Source of the DNA: Octopus vulgaris
Taxonomy: Eukaryota
Assembly: GCA_951406725.2 (NCBI GenBank)
Contig: OX597836.1
Coordinates: forward strand, 20,832,001 to 20,896,000
Direction: 5' to 3'
Length of the DNA: 64,000 nucleotides
Part shown: piece by piece, positions 1-13,556 of the stretch
Layout of the letters: the number at the start of each line of letters is the position of its first letter
How positions within the stretch are numbered: the stretch's first letter is position 1
Notes under the pieces: generated by a model
What the model was told of the DNA's origin: nothing
The model's input: only the letters and a program-made list of their open reading frames with translations
Database searches by the model: none
Position numbers and translations under genes: made by a program

Positions 1-989
1 ACACACACATGCATGTGTATACATGTGTGTGTGCGTGTGTGTGTGCGTGTGTGAGTGCATGTGTGTAACACCTCTTAAAACATCCAACAACTACAAAAAC
101 TCAAACAAAACTGAAAAAGTATATCAACCCAAAGAGATTTTTATTTTAAATGTTAGAGAACCTTTCCCTGAAAGAAAACAGAACTCTAACATAAATCAAC
201 CAACAGCACATACATATGTATTATGTAAAGGATACATGTTTACAGTGATGATATCATCATCGTCATCATCGTTTTAATGCCCACATATCAATGCTTGCCT
301 GTATTTGATGAGGCAGATTTTCTACAGCTGGATGCCTTTCCTTTTACTGACCCTCACCTCTTTCCCATTGCTAGTTATGTTATTCATGGAAGACTGGATA
401 CAAACGACCTCGCTCATTTAGAACCATCCTGTGATGTCAATCCACCAATATACCACCAAAGGGTGGTATACACTTACACACACACACTAAGTCTATGTCT
501 TTCAGTGATGTGTGAACAAAAATATTGTAGACAATACTGAAAAATATGCCTAACCCCAAAACAATGGGGTGTTTTTGAATGAAAATACTCTGTGTGGTAT
601 TTATTCTATTGCAATGTCACTCTTGAAACCCAAAATATCATGAACCAGATTGGCTCATCAGGGACTTATAACTAACAATGCTATTTTCCTCCACTCTAAC
701 TGCGATAAAATTAAAAATAAAAATACGTAAGGCACTGAGATTGGCATTTTACCATTTCTGCATTTGCTTAACATCCTAAATAATAACGGTTTCAAAATTT
801 TGGCACAGAGCCTGCAATTTCATGGGAGGGGGCTAGTCAATTGTATCAACCCCAGTACTTGACTGGTACTATTCTGATCAACCCTGAAAGAATGAAAGGA
901 AAGTTGACTTCAGTGGAATTTGAAATCAGAATGTGAAAGCTAGAAGAAATGCTGCTAGGCACTTACCAGAAAGGCTAACACTGCTTAAA

Positions 990-1055
<66 letters not shown>

Positions 1056-4000
1056 GATGATGATGATGATGATGGACTCTCTTATTGAAGATGACGTGCA
1101 AGTGTTCAGTTTTTGCTGAATGACCTACACAAATGATTAGTTTATAGTGATCAAATGTTTGAGTCACACATTAGCTCACTTCCTTCATCAAATCAACATT
1201 GCCTGAATAGGTGCATGGTGAATCAGGTGTCAAAGTGGTCACAGAGCATCAGACAAAGCATTTTTCTCAAGAACATGATGCACCATCTGGTTTGGGAATT
1301 GAAACCATGATCTGGCAATCCTAAGTGCAACACCCTAACTACTACGTCATACATCTTCAATAATAATAATAATAATTTATAATTTAGGCACAAGGCCAGA
1401 AATTTGGGGTTATGGTGGTGTTGATACATGAATGGTACTTCAATTTATAGATTCCAAAAAAGATTAAAGGTGTAGGTGTGGCCATGTGGTAAGAAGTTTG
1501 CTTCCCAACCACATGGTTCTGGGTGCAGTGCCACTGCATGGCACCTTCAGCAAGTGTCTTCTACTATAGCCTTGGGTTGACTAAATACTTGTGAATGGAT
1601 TTGTGTTAATCCAAAAATAATAATGTTTTCAAATTTTGGCACAAGACCAGCAAGTTAGAGGAAAGGTGCAAATCGATCATATTGATCCCCATCTTCAACT
1701 GGGACTTATTTTATCGACCCTTGAAAGGATGAAAGGCAATGTTGACCTTGGCGGAAACTGAACTCAGAGTGTAAAGACGGACAAAAAGCCTCTAAGCATT
1801 TTGCTTGGTGTGCTAATGATTCTGCCAGCTTGCCACCCAAAAGTAATAATAATTATAAGAATTTCTTCAATAGACAAAAGGTCAGAAATTTGGAAGGGAA
1901 GGAATAGTCAGTTTTATCAACATTTAGTACTTGACTGGACTTTGTTCTGTTGACCCAATACGTACAAAAATAATAGTTGACCATAGCAAGATCTGAACTG
2001 AGAACATAAGGAATTAAACTGAATATTGCTTCTATCACGCAAATCTTATTTATTATATGCCAGTATGAAATTATATTAAAGAAAAAATACAAACCAAAAA
2101 CGTACAACAAACACAAATTGTGGCTGGTGGTTGGCAGGGGTGGAACTATTGTCCTATAGATCTGATAAAGCAATAGCATCTTAGAATAAGTTAATTACAT
2201 TCAATATCGAAATAGAGCAGTAAATAATGATGTGATTGATAGAATATAAAATAATATAAAATCAAATCCGAGACAATGTGAAAATCAAAAGAATTAAAAT
2301 TTTAAGCCATAAACAACTTTCATATCTAAAAGAATAAGATATAGAATAGATTTTGCTCTCTCTCTCTCATTTTATTTACCTCCTCCCTTTTTTTTCTCTA
2401 TTTTTCAATGATTTCAGAACAGAAGAAGGAAAGTCAACTTGAATATACTTAGAGAGAAACAAAGAGTTTAAGCACGAAACAATAACTAAATTATTCTACG
2501 AACAAAAGTATTCTTTTATCGTAAATTTGTAAAGCTTTCAAAACATGCTTGTAAATATGTTTAAGATTTCTGTAAGAATTTAATTGCCAATTTTGTAGCT
2601 CTCAGCATTGTGGTATTGTCTGAGATATTAGCATCAAAGAGAAGGGGCCATGTTATCATTTGCGGAGAGAAGGCCCGGCACTTCAATAAAAGATAGTTCG
2701 TGAGATGGTTGTTACATAAGATGTTACATACCTAAAAATAAGTTTTTTAAACTGAAAATGAATAATTAACATCAAATACTGCTAAAATATATATAACAAA
2801 ATAATTTCTAACACAGAACAAAACAAGTTGAGTACTTTAAACTTTTTACAAACACATTGACAAGGAAATCTCTATTCAGTTTCTTGACCTGCTAGAAATA
2901 GCAATCAAATCTCTTTCATATCCTCTCCTTCTGTATAATCTATAAATGAAGTTCTAGTCAAGGAGAGTAGATTAGCAGAATTATAAGAGCATCAGTGCAG
3001 ATTCCTTGTAGTATTAGTTCTGGCTCCTTGCCTTCTGAGTTCAAAATCATGTTAGGATCTACTTGGGTGGTTAGCCCACATTACCTTGTAAGGAGTGTAA
3101 GGCTGGTTTCCTAGTTCCTCTGGCATATATATATTTCCCACCTGGGTGGGATACTGATCTGTCGCAGGATTACTCATTTTTACCAGATGAAGTGTTTTGC
3201 TCAAGAACACAATGCATCACTTGGTCAGGAACTGAAACCACAACCATACAATCATAAGTTCTACACCCTAACCACTAAGCCATGCATATCCACTTGGGTG
3301 ACAGACATAATTCATCACCTGATATAACACTCCCACTTAGCTCCCTCACCAGTGTGAATAATATGATACAATGCCTACAACCATTTCTAGAGTCTCTGAG
3401 AGCAGGGGACAGGGATAGAGGAAGGTATCCTTAAACAGGAGACTTTGCTTGAATGTTTGCAACAGAGTGGCTGCCCCTAAAAGCACCCAAGGATCAAGTG
3501 ATGGTGTTCAATCATGTGACAGTTTAAATCAATCACCCAAGTAGGCCATGGCTAGATTCAAACTCAGGACACAAAGAACTGAAACATACCACAAAATATC
3601 CCGTCTGAAGCTCAGATATTTCTGCCAGTTCACCATTTTATACAGGTTCTTTAGTTATTGATCTCTGAAAGGATGAAAAGCAAAACTAGCCTCTGCAGAA
3701 TTTGAACTTCTAACTCAAAGAGCATTTTGCCTGATGCTCTAATAGTTCTATCAGTCCCACCTTTTAGACTATTACTTTATTTATCAATCCCAGAAAGATG
3801 AGAAACAAAGTTGGCCTCAACAGAATTTGAACTCTGAATGCAAAAAAAAAAAAATGGAATAAATACCACATGGCATCATGTCTGATGCACTTACCAACAA
3901 AACTATATACTGTTTCTGCTATGCAATTCTTTACATACTATGCCAGTGTACTTATCCTATTTTTCAAAAATATATATTGCACATTTCATGAATCTTATTG

Positions 4001-4307
4001 CAGATTAGTCAAAGTAGTTGAATAGTTACAAATTGACAACTGATTATGTAACTGGCTTTCCTGTTTTCTCTTGGAATATAATCCTATAAATTTGTTTCTA
4101 AGTATACAGTCTTTTTCTTCCTAGCACAGTTATTGGTTGTGGTCTTTTGTTTATTTACAAATAATCTATCTGAATGATTACATCTTCAGGTTTAAGAACA
4201 AGACGAAAAATGTTTTGTTTTTGAGCTAAATCCCATCACTGTTTCTTTAAACTACATAAACCCAGATTGCTGAAGAGTGCCTCTTTCAATTCATGCAACT
4301 TCTGTCT

Positions 4308-4378
<71 letters not shown>

Positions 4379-4692
4379 ATTTTAAAAACAAATATTTTCT
4401 TATAATCATTGATTCAGCAATGTATTATTATACTAGAATTATTAAAAGAATAAATCTAAATGTCAATAAAAAAAAAGACATAATACAAAAAAGAAAAAAC
4501 ATGTAACTAATAGGTAACCCAAAAGAGATTTTTTTTCCTTTTTCCTGAACCAATTGTCAATGAAACTAAACTGAACAGAGGTTTTTAAACTCATTTTGTC
4601 AAGGCACTCTCAGATAACTTTCCAAAAATTGTGAAACCTATACCTACTATTTATGGGCAATCCCTGCTACCCTAATTTTAGTAAGACATTGA

Positions 4693-5135
4693 CCCATTAT
4701 AGCATTTAACCCTTTAGTATTTAAACTGGCCATATCCGGTCAAAATATTTAATCTGTTTTATGTTCAAACTGACCAGATCCAGGCTCTCACACCTACCCT
4801 ACAATGTTACTCTACATTAAGTAATTACACCATCAAGATCTTGAAGATATGAGATAATGCATGATTAATTCAAATCAATGGGAATCAATAAGCATTATGT
4901 TTGATAGAATACTCAGAACACTAAAGGGTTAAACTAGTCATATGAGGCCCAAATATTCTACCTGTTTTATGTTCAAACTGGCCAGGTCCAGCGTCTCACA
5001 CCTATCTTATTATGTCATCTTAAAAATAAGCAATGACATCATCAAAATCTAGAAATTAGGAGATAATGCTTGATTAATCTAAAACAATGTGAATCAATAA
5101 GCATTATATTTGACAGTAATCTAAACGTAAATGGG
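4693..5135 (+). mobile_element. Older copy of the same MITE, split by the young copy
   Basis: Degenerate left end cccattatagcatTTAA. The body resumes at 4933 and ends aatggg|TTAA; internal sequence is homologous to 4710-4928. Confidence 0.7.
4710..4928 (+). mobile_element. 219-bp piggyBac-type MITE (young copy)
   Basis: TTAA|CCCTTTAGT...ACTAAAGGG|TTAA: short TIRs starting CCC and TTAA TSDs. Confidence 0.85.
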
Positions 5136-6235
5136 TTAAATAAAAGAAAAATTGTTTAAGTGAAAGAGGAGTCATATTTAAAAGGAAATAAATTAATTTA
5201 TGATTTTAACAATGGTGAATACAAGCAAGATATTATAGAGTAATGCTTTTCTCTCTGAGGTAGAAACAACAGTAAGCTTATGAATTAAATAACTAGTTTT
5301 CCTTTGTTATTTATTCTTAATATAAAATGTTATTAAATGGAGCCCTGAGATTCCTCAGAAACTATTTTGTTGTTTACAATGAATTGGAAGATTATGTGGG
5401 ATTAAGTGGGTGCTTATATTAAATTAAGTTTTACTCCTGATTTGGTTATTGTACAATTTCATTTTTAAACAAAATATAGCACTCAATCACACATGGTTAA
5501 ATCAATGCCACCATAAGACACATGACAAGCTAATGAAGGACTTCTTTGCAAAGTCACTTGACATGCTAGATACAACAGCTAAGCTTCCACCAAAATCATA
5601 CTCTTGAAAATGGTACAAAACCAACAAAATTATCATAATACACATCACATAACATACACACACGTCCAATACAAAAATGTTCATCCTTGAAAGAAATGCA
5701 TTTGAATGCATACAGAGAGAGAGAGAGAATAGTATTTCAGAATATGAAATCATATATCAAAAAGTCCAAGTTCTTTACGGAGCTGTAATGGATTAGGTTT
5801 CAATCAATACTTATGATTGATAATATATTGAATGTGGTAGTGTTGATGGAAATGAGGATGGAGTTTGGATTCAGACAACATCACTAATATCTTTTTGATA
5901 TAGTTCTGAAGCCATCTTGTACTAAAAACTTACAATCTCATTCTTCCAATCAGTTTTAAACACACACATACATCCAGTGCAATTTATATCTCTGTGCCGG
6001 TGGCACGTAAAAAGCACCAACCAATCATGGCTACTGCCAGCCTCGTCTGGCACATAAAAAGCACCCACTACACTCTCGGAGTGGTTGGCGTTAGGAAGGG
6101 CATCCAGCTGTAGAAACACTGCCAGATCAGACTGGAGCCTGGTGCAGCCTCCTGGCTTCCCAGACTCCGGTCAAACCGTCAAACTGTCCAACCCGTGCTA
6201 GCATGGAAAACGGACGTTAAACAATGATGATGATG

Positions 6236-6810
6236 TTTTATCTTTTACTTGTTTCAGTCACCTGGACAGCAGCCAGGCTGGAGCACCACCTTGAAGAGTT
6301 TAGTTAAACAAATAAACCGCAGGACTTATTTTATTTTAAGCCCGGTATTTATGCTATCAGTCTCTATTTGTCAAACTGCTGAGTTACAGGGTTGTAAACA
6401 AACCAACACTGATTGTCAAGTGGTGGTGGTGGCGGACAAACACAAAGACACACATCATCATCATCATCATCATTGTTCGACCGCGGTTGAGACAATGGAA
6501 TTTACCATGCTATGCCAGACTTCACGGTCCATCATAGCATTACGGAGGTCCTGTTGCTGGATACCTGTATCCCTGGAGATTACATCAGGGTAGGAGAGTG
6601 TGCGCCCTCTGGTATTGCGAGTAGATGGCTTCCAGAGGAGAAGAACACATAAAATGGGCTTCTTTCGGTTTCCATCAACCAAATCCACTTACAAGGTTTT
6701 GATCAGCCCAGGGCTATAGTGGAAGACTCTTGTGCAGGATGCTGCACAGTGGGATGAACACAAAATGACATGATCGGGAAGCAAGCTTCTTACCACACAG
6801 CACATCTGAA
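6236..6810 (-). mobile_element. SINE family A copy hosting the RTE tail
   Basis: Homologous to 24341-24726 on both sides of the insert. Confidence 0.75.
6454..6648 (-). mobile_element. RTE-like LINE 3' end nested in a SINE
   Basis: LLLWKPSTRNTRGRTLSYPDVISRDTG...AMMDREVW...* directly followed by a (TGA)n tail. Confidence 0.7.
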
Positions 6811-7041
6811 CCTATAAAAGAGTTATTTCAAAATTTCTTTTTCTCTTTTCCTTTGCAACTCTAACCAGATGTAATAAACGAAGTAACAGTAAAATTTGAA
6901 TTTAAGAAATAAATTAAACAAAAAAAATATATAATATATATAAAATATAGAACATGAGAGATTGAAATTAGAGAAGGAAGAAAGGTGAATGAAGGGATAA
7001 GAAAGGAAAGAGAAAAAATATAAGAAAGCTGTTTGTCTTAC

Positions 7042-7177
7042 CAAGATATTGCTGCAGTAGTTCATACTTGGTTCCATGCTTATAACGAATGAGTTTTAAG
7101 TTAACAGTGCGATCTGTCTGCTGTAAAAGTTTCACGGCATCGCTGTTCGAAAAGCCGTTCAGAGATTTCCCATCAAC
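7042..7177 (-). CDS. MPDZ: MPDZ/PATJ-like exon E (136 nt): end of the PDZ
   Basis: ttccattccag| acceptor and G|gtaaga donor (phase 1). Encodes VDGKSLNGFSNSDAVKLLQQTDRTVNLKLIRYKHGTKYELLQQYL. Not in the ORF track. Confidence 0.93.
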
Positions 7178-7539
7178 CTGGAATGGAACGGAATTGAAAA
7201 GGAAATGAGAGAAAGAGAGAGAGAGAGGATATTGATGATAACAAAGTTCTAAATGCCCACTAAACAGTTTTTTACTTAAACTTAAGAAATAAGAATTTTG
7301 TGAAAAATTCTCATTGATAAGTACAAGTATGGCCCAAGATGCTACACATTGAGAATAAACCCAGAACTATGTGGGTCATAAAAGAAACCTATTAATTACA
7401 CACCCATATCTGCATTCATAATGTGTTGTTGATGTCTTTCAGAAAGTCACAGTTACCTTTTATATCCACCTCTATCCTATCCTTAGAGTAACTGCATCCC
7501 AAGCCTCCCTAGACAACACACAATGGTGTATGCCATTCC

Positions 7540-8140
7540 AAGGCGGTGAGCTGGCAGAAACATTAGCACACCAGGTGAAATGCTTAGTGGTATTTTGTCT
7601 GTTGTTATGTTCTGAGTTCAAATTCCGCCGAGGTCAACTTTGCCTTTCATCCTTTCGGGGTCGATAAATTAACTACCAGTTACGTACTGGGGTCGATGTA
7701 ATCAACTTAATCCCTTTGTCTGTCCTTGTTTGTCCCCTCTGTGTTTAGCCCCTTGTGGGTAATAAAGAAATAGGTATTTTATCTGCCATTATGTTCTGAG
7801 TTCAAATTCTGCCGAGGTCAACTTTGCCTTTCATCCTTTCAGGGTAGATTAAATAAGTACCAGTTACGCACTGGGGTCGATATAATCGACTTAATCCCTT
7901 TGTCTGTCCTTGTTTGTCCCCTCTGTGTTTAGCCCCTTGTGGGTAATAAAGAAATAGGTATTTTATCTGCCATTATGTTCTGAGTTCAAATTCTGCCAAG
8001 GTCAACTTTGCCTTTCATCCTTTCAGGGTAGATTAAATAAGTACCAGTTATGCACAGGGGTCGATATAATCGACTTAATCCCTTTGTCTGTCCTTGTTTG
8101 TCCCCTCTATGTTTAGCCCCTTGTGGGCAGTAAAGAAATA
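7540..8140 (+). mobile_element. SINE family B with a triplicated 184-bp body
   Basis: One head GGCGGTGAGCTGGCAGAA, then ttatgttctgagttcaaatt at 7605, 7789 and 7973 (period 184). Confidence 0.85.
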
Positions 8141-9139
8141 TATATGCTATTCCAGTGAAGGTGTGTGGCATAGCAGTTTCACTGCTGGGCTCATAATCAT
8201 TAAGCTTAGGTTAAGATTGTCAGATTATGTGTTACATTGTTCCTTGAGTAAGATCATTCATTTCTTGTTGCTTCAGTTTATCCATCTAAGTAAAAGTACT
8301 AAGTAAAAGCTCAATAGTCTTATACACTCAGTTGTTTAAATGCTGTGGAAATTGAGATGAGTTCTAGTCTAATGGGCCTGAAGGCTTGAAACAAATTTAA
8401 CACCATTCCTATTTCTGTATAATGTGAAAGTGTGTCACCTAGTAGCTAGTGTGTTGCACTCACAATTACAAGATCATGGTTTCATTTCACAGGAAGAGCA
8501 TTATTGTATCCTTGAGCAAAACACATCACATCACTCCAGTCACTCACCTATAAATGAATAGCCCTGCAACAGACTGGCGTCCCATTCAGGGTTGGTGCTG
8601 TGATCTAAAATCATTTATACATCATGGAAACAGAGTAACTAGCCCTATGAGTCCTAAGACTCAGGATAGAACTTACTATTCCTGTATACCTACCTGTCAT
8701 ATTCTATAACAATGCTGTTCTAGCAAAACCACAAATAAGGTGTTAGAAAATAAATTCTAAATTCACAACAATCACATTTCATCATTGACAATATTAAAAA
8801 TATTAACAATAAGTATTTTTTTTTTTTTTGTAAAGAGAGAATTTTAGTTTATTTGTTATTTTACACCTGCTTCATCACTATTTCATTGTAATCAGTTAAT
8901 ATATTTTCTAGTTTCTGTATGTGAACAAAAACACACACAAAAAAGATAACTCTAGTTTCAAAATATCAGCTAACGTATGCTTGTATGCCTGTGTGTGTTT
9001 ATGTACATATACATGTATGTGTGTATATATATATATCTATATACACACACACATACATACCCACACATACTTACATGTACATGTGTGTGTGCATGTGCAC
9101 GCATGTATTTGTGTATGTATATATACATACATATATATC

Positions 9140-9510
9140 TCTTTTATCTTTTACTGATTTCAGTCAATAGACTGCAGTGATGTTGGGGCACTGCCCTGAA
9201 CAATTTTTAATCAAATGAACCATCCCCACTACTTCTTTTAAGCCTGGTACTTGTTCTATCAATCTCTATTGCTGAACTGCCTAGTTTCAGGAACATAAAC
9301 ATACCAACACCAGTTGTCAAGTAATGGTGGGGGAAATACACACACATACGATGGGCTTCTTTCAGTTTCTATTCACCAAATCCACTCGCACAAATTTGGT
9401 TGGCCCAAAGCTATAGTAGATGCTACATGCCAAAAGTACCATGCAGTGGGGTTGAACCCAAAATCATGTGGTTGAGAAGCAAGCTTCTTATCACACAACC
9501 ACACCTGCAC
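9140..9510 (-). mobile_element. SINE family A copy
   Basis: Full-length homology to 24341-24726. Confidence 0.75.
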
Positions 9511-9719
9511 CTATCTATATTTGTATGTATACATACATGTGTGTGTGTGTATGTGTGTGTGTGTGTGTGTGTGTACATTATCATTTTAACACTCACTTTT
9601 CCATGCTTGCATGAGTCAGACAAAATTCAATGAGGCAGGTTTTCTATAGCCTGATGTCCTTTCAGTCACCAACCCTGACTTGTTTCCAAGAAAGTTAATA
9701 ATCTCATAGTCTACTGAAC

Positions 9720-10362
9720 AACAAATGTGTTCAATGGTACAGTGTCACAAATCTTAACGTTCAAGAGCCAGCAAATGGCAGAGAAAGTCATGGTGACTGT
9801 TTTAGGAGATGATGAAGGCACCATGCTCCTTGATCTTCTGGTGCATGGCTCCCCCATGAATAAGCAGTACATTGAAACACTCAAAAAACCTTAGAGAAGC
9901 TACTTGAAGGAAGAGACCTACCAAGAATCTAAAAAAACATAAAATGATCACCATTCACCAAGACAATCTGTGACCACACGCGTTTTTGGCAACAAATCAG
10001 CCAATCAGCATATCAGGTTGGTCAGTGGTTCCACACCCACTGTGCAGACTAAATCTAGAACCTGCCAAGTTCCACCTGTTTGATCCAGTAAAGGGACAGT
10101 GTTTGGGGACAATGAGATGATGACACAGACAAACTGAAAGTGGCTGTGAAGGTGTGTTTATAACAGTGCATATCTGAATATTTTTCAAAGAGGATTCAAG
10201 AGTTGGGTTCAACAATAATGCAAATGCATCACTTGTGCTGCAGACTATGTTGAGGAATATGGAGGAGGAGTTATTCTACAATCATGTGCATTCTGAAAGA
10301 TTTACGGCAATTAATAAAACAAGTTATGCTCCTTTTAGCATTACTTTTGGTAAAACTTCATG
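9720..10362 (+). pseudogene. Mariner transposase C-terminal relic
   Basis: EKVMVTVLGDDEGTMLLDLL, HQDN and VPHPLCRLNLEPAKFHLF (degenerate PHPPYSPDLAPSDFHLF), with frameshifts. Confidence 0.75.
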
Positions 10363-11081
10363 CGTGCATGTGTGTGTAATACACACATGCATAATCAGAT
10401 TGTCGTCTAGTTCACATATTACTACTAAACAAGAAACATATTGAGAAATATTTCTAAATTATCAGAGTTTTTGGTAATATATGTATAATATATGTATGTA
10501 GTCCATAGGAACTAACATTGGTAGGATGTAGAGTGTGGAGAAGATAGACTGAGTGAATGTGTGTGTATATATATATATATATCTATATACAGGAACAGAA
10601 GTCTATGAAAAATAGAAAGAAGAGAGCAAAAAACAGAGAAAGAGAGAGAGAATGAATGGGGGAAGGAGAAAGTCTTTGTGTTTTTTCTCAATAGAATAGA
10701 AATGTGCATGTGAGTGTGCATGAGCAAAAGTACATTTGTGCATGCGTGTATGTTTGTGTCTGTATAAAATGTGTTTGTGCATGAAAGTGCAAGTGTGTGT
10801 GTGTGTGTGCGTGCATAAATACATCTGTGCTTGATTTGAATGCGTACGTGATTGTATGCACAAGCACGAATGTGCGTGTATATGCTAGAATGGCTAAGCA
10901 TATATGCATACAAATCTTGGTTATATATGAGCCTGTATATATATTCAACAGACTTTTTTCAGATGCTATAGAAAACACTCACCCAGAGACACACAAACAA
11001 ACAAACAAACAAAACTGATACTAAAAATGATAAGTATAAGAATGAATTGAAACCATTCTTTCTGAACTGGCACTGATTAGA

Positions 11082-11129
<48 letters not shown>

Positions 11130-12152
11130 TGTGTGTGTGTTTGTGTTTGTGTGTGTGCATGCGTATCTGTGTGTGTGTATATATGCACACCTACATACAC
11201 CTATACTCACACACAAACCACTGAAAAGAAAGTGCTAGTATCATAAACAGACAGTAGAAGAGACGATACAAAAGCAAACTTAAATCAGAGAAGACAATCA
11301 GAGTGTATATATATATATATATGCCTATAAAACAGCTGCCACATCATCAGCTGTTACAAAAACTTTTGGGTTTCTCCAACCAAATAACGTTCTTCCTTTC
11401 ATTTAACAGGAGTGTGAGTGTCTGTGAGAGTGAGTATACCTTCTTCCTTCCATGTTTATTCAGTTTTCAAAGACAAGCTAACTTGTGTCTGTAAGGGAAA
11501 CTATGCAATCTCTCTCTGTCTCTCTCTATCTATCTATCTATCTATTGAGTCTATCTATTTGTCTATCTATAAGAAAAAGAGATGACAAAAGAAAGCAAAA
11601 TATATATATATACTTATTTACACACACTCATATATGTGTATGTACATCTTTATCTTCCTATGTATAAGACAGGTGCATCCCCAGTATGCTATAGAAAATG
11701 GATATAAAATTGATGATGATGATGGTGTGTGTGTGCAATTATATATACATCATTTTAATGTCCACTTTCCAATACTTGCATGGGTCACTTAGAATTTATT
11801 GAGCAGATAGCTTTCTACAGTTGGATGCCCTTCCTGTCACCAACCCTTATCTGTTTCCAAGCAAAGTAATATTTCTCAATGAACAGACACATTTTTGCTG
11901 AATTCTGAAAATGAATAACATTCATTTACAGCAATCATATGATATCTAGACAATGGGATACACACACACACATACATACAACAGACTTCTTTCAGTTTCC
12001 ATCTACCAAATCCACTCAGGGCTATAGCAGAAGACACTTTCACAGGGTGCCATGCAGTGGGATTGAACATGAAAACATGTGAAGAAGAAGAAAATTTCTT
12101 AAACCACACAGCCATGCCTGCACCTACAAATGTATGTATGTATGTTTGCAAT

Positions 12153-12188
<36 letters not shown>

Positions 12189-13213
12189 CACACACATATA
12201 TATAGACACACACACACACACATGTATATATAATACACATACATAAATACAATCATACATACGTACATTATTTATTTATATATATATATCTATATATACA
12301 TATATGTAGACACATCAAAATAGAAGTAAATGCTGACAGAACAGACAAATTGGAGACAACAGACAGACACGAATCTCAATTGCCAATATGCTTTATAGTC
12401 GTAATTAATAAATATATTTTTAAAAATGAAGTTTATTCAAATAAACTAAAACAAAACACAAGAAGAAAAAAATATAACCCACTATAAATCTGCCAATTTT
12501 TCAGAAATTATTATTGTGACAACTTTTCTCTGATAAATCTAAAACGATGGAAATATTATTTTTAAAAAAATTGTATTTCATGATTTTCAGACAGATATTT
12601 CTCTGTCTCCTGTGATGTCTGTATTGTTGATTTCAATCAATTCATCACAGCCAAACTGGACTGGACAATGTTTTTAGAAAGTTTACAGTTTATGAGTGTG
12701 TGTGTGTGTGCATGTGTGTGTGGGTGCTAGAAAGTTTATATTTATGAGTGTGTATATATAATGTATTTGGTGTGTGTGCATATATGTGTTTGGCATTCAT
12801 ATACTCTAGAAAGTTTATACTTCACATTAGTGTGCGTGTGTTTATTATTATTTGTATGTATGTACCACAAAGTTTAAATTTTATATGAAGATGCATGCAT
12901 TATGTACATCTGTGTTTGTGTGCAAGAAAATTTGCATTTTATATTTGTGTGTACAATGGGTTTATTGTGTGTGCGTGTTTGTGTAGTGATGGGAAACAAC
13001 TTATTAAAAACATGCATTTTGGTTTCATAGCATATTTTAGTTTTAATTTCATTTATATCACTTACACACAGTCACACACAGAGACTCACTCACTCTATCC
13101 TAACTCTGTGTATAAGAGAATGAGAAGTTCAATAAAACTTGAAATTGAAATAGATGTGTAAGAGTGTAAGTGAAAGAGAGAAAAGCAATGAGGGATATTT
13201 GTATGTATGTGTG

Positions 13214-13269
<56 letters not shown>

Positions 13270-13459
13270 TATACACATATAGAGAGAGAGAGAAAAAGAG
13301 AAGTGGGAGAGTGAGAGGACCCAAAAAGTCGAGAGAATACAAATACATCATAGCACAGGAATACAGCTGTGTGGTCAGGAAGTTTACTTCAAAATGAATT
13401 GGTTTTGGATTCAATAGCTGGATCCTTTCACTGTGACCTAGAGCTGGAAATTGAACAGA

Positions 13460-13556
13460 GAGGGAGAGAGAGGGTGGGAAAGAGTGGGGAGAGAGGGTGG
13501 GAAAGAGTGGGGAGAGAGGGTGGGAAAGAGTGGGGAGAGAGAGAGAGAGAGAGAGA
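13460..13556 (+). repeat. Purine-rich G-tract repeat (GAGGGTGGGAAAGAGTGGG)x3
   Basis: Direct reading; matches the G-quadruplex consensus. Confidence 0.8.

Noticed and set aside
5502-5602. Possible phase-1 terminal exon (EYDFGGSLAVV...WWH*) after exon E
   Set aside because: Weak AAG acceptor and no resemblance to the MPDZ/PATJ continuation; unsupported without transcripts.
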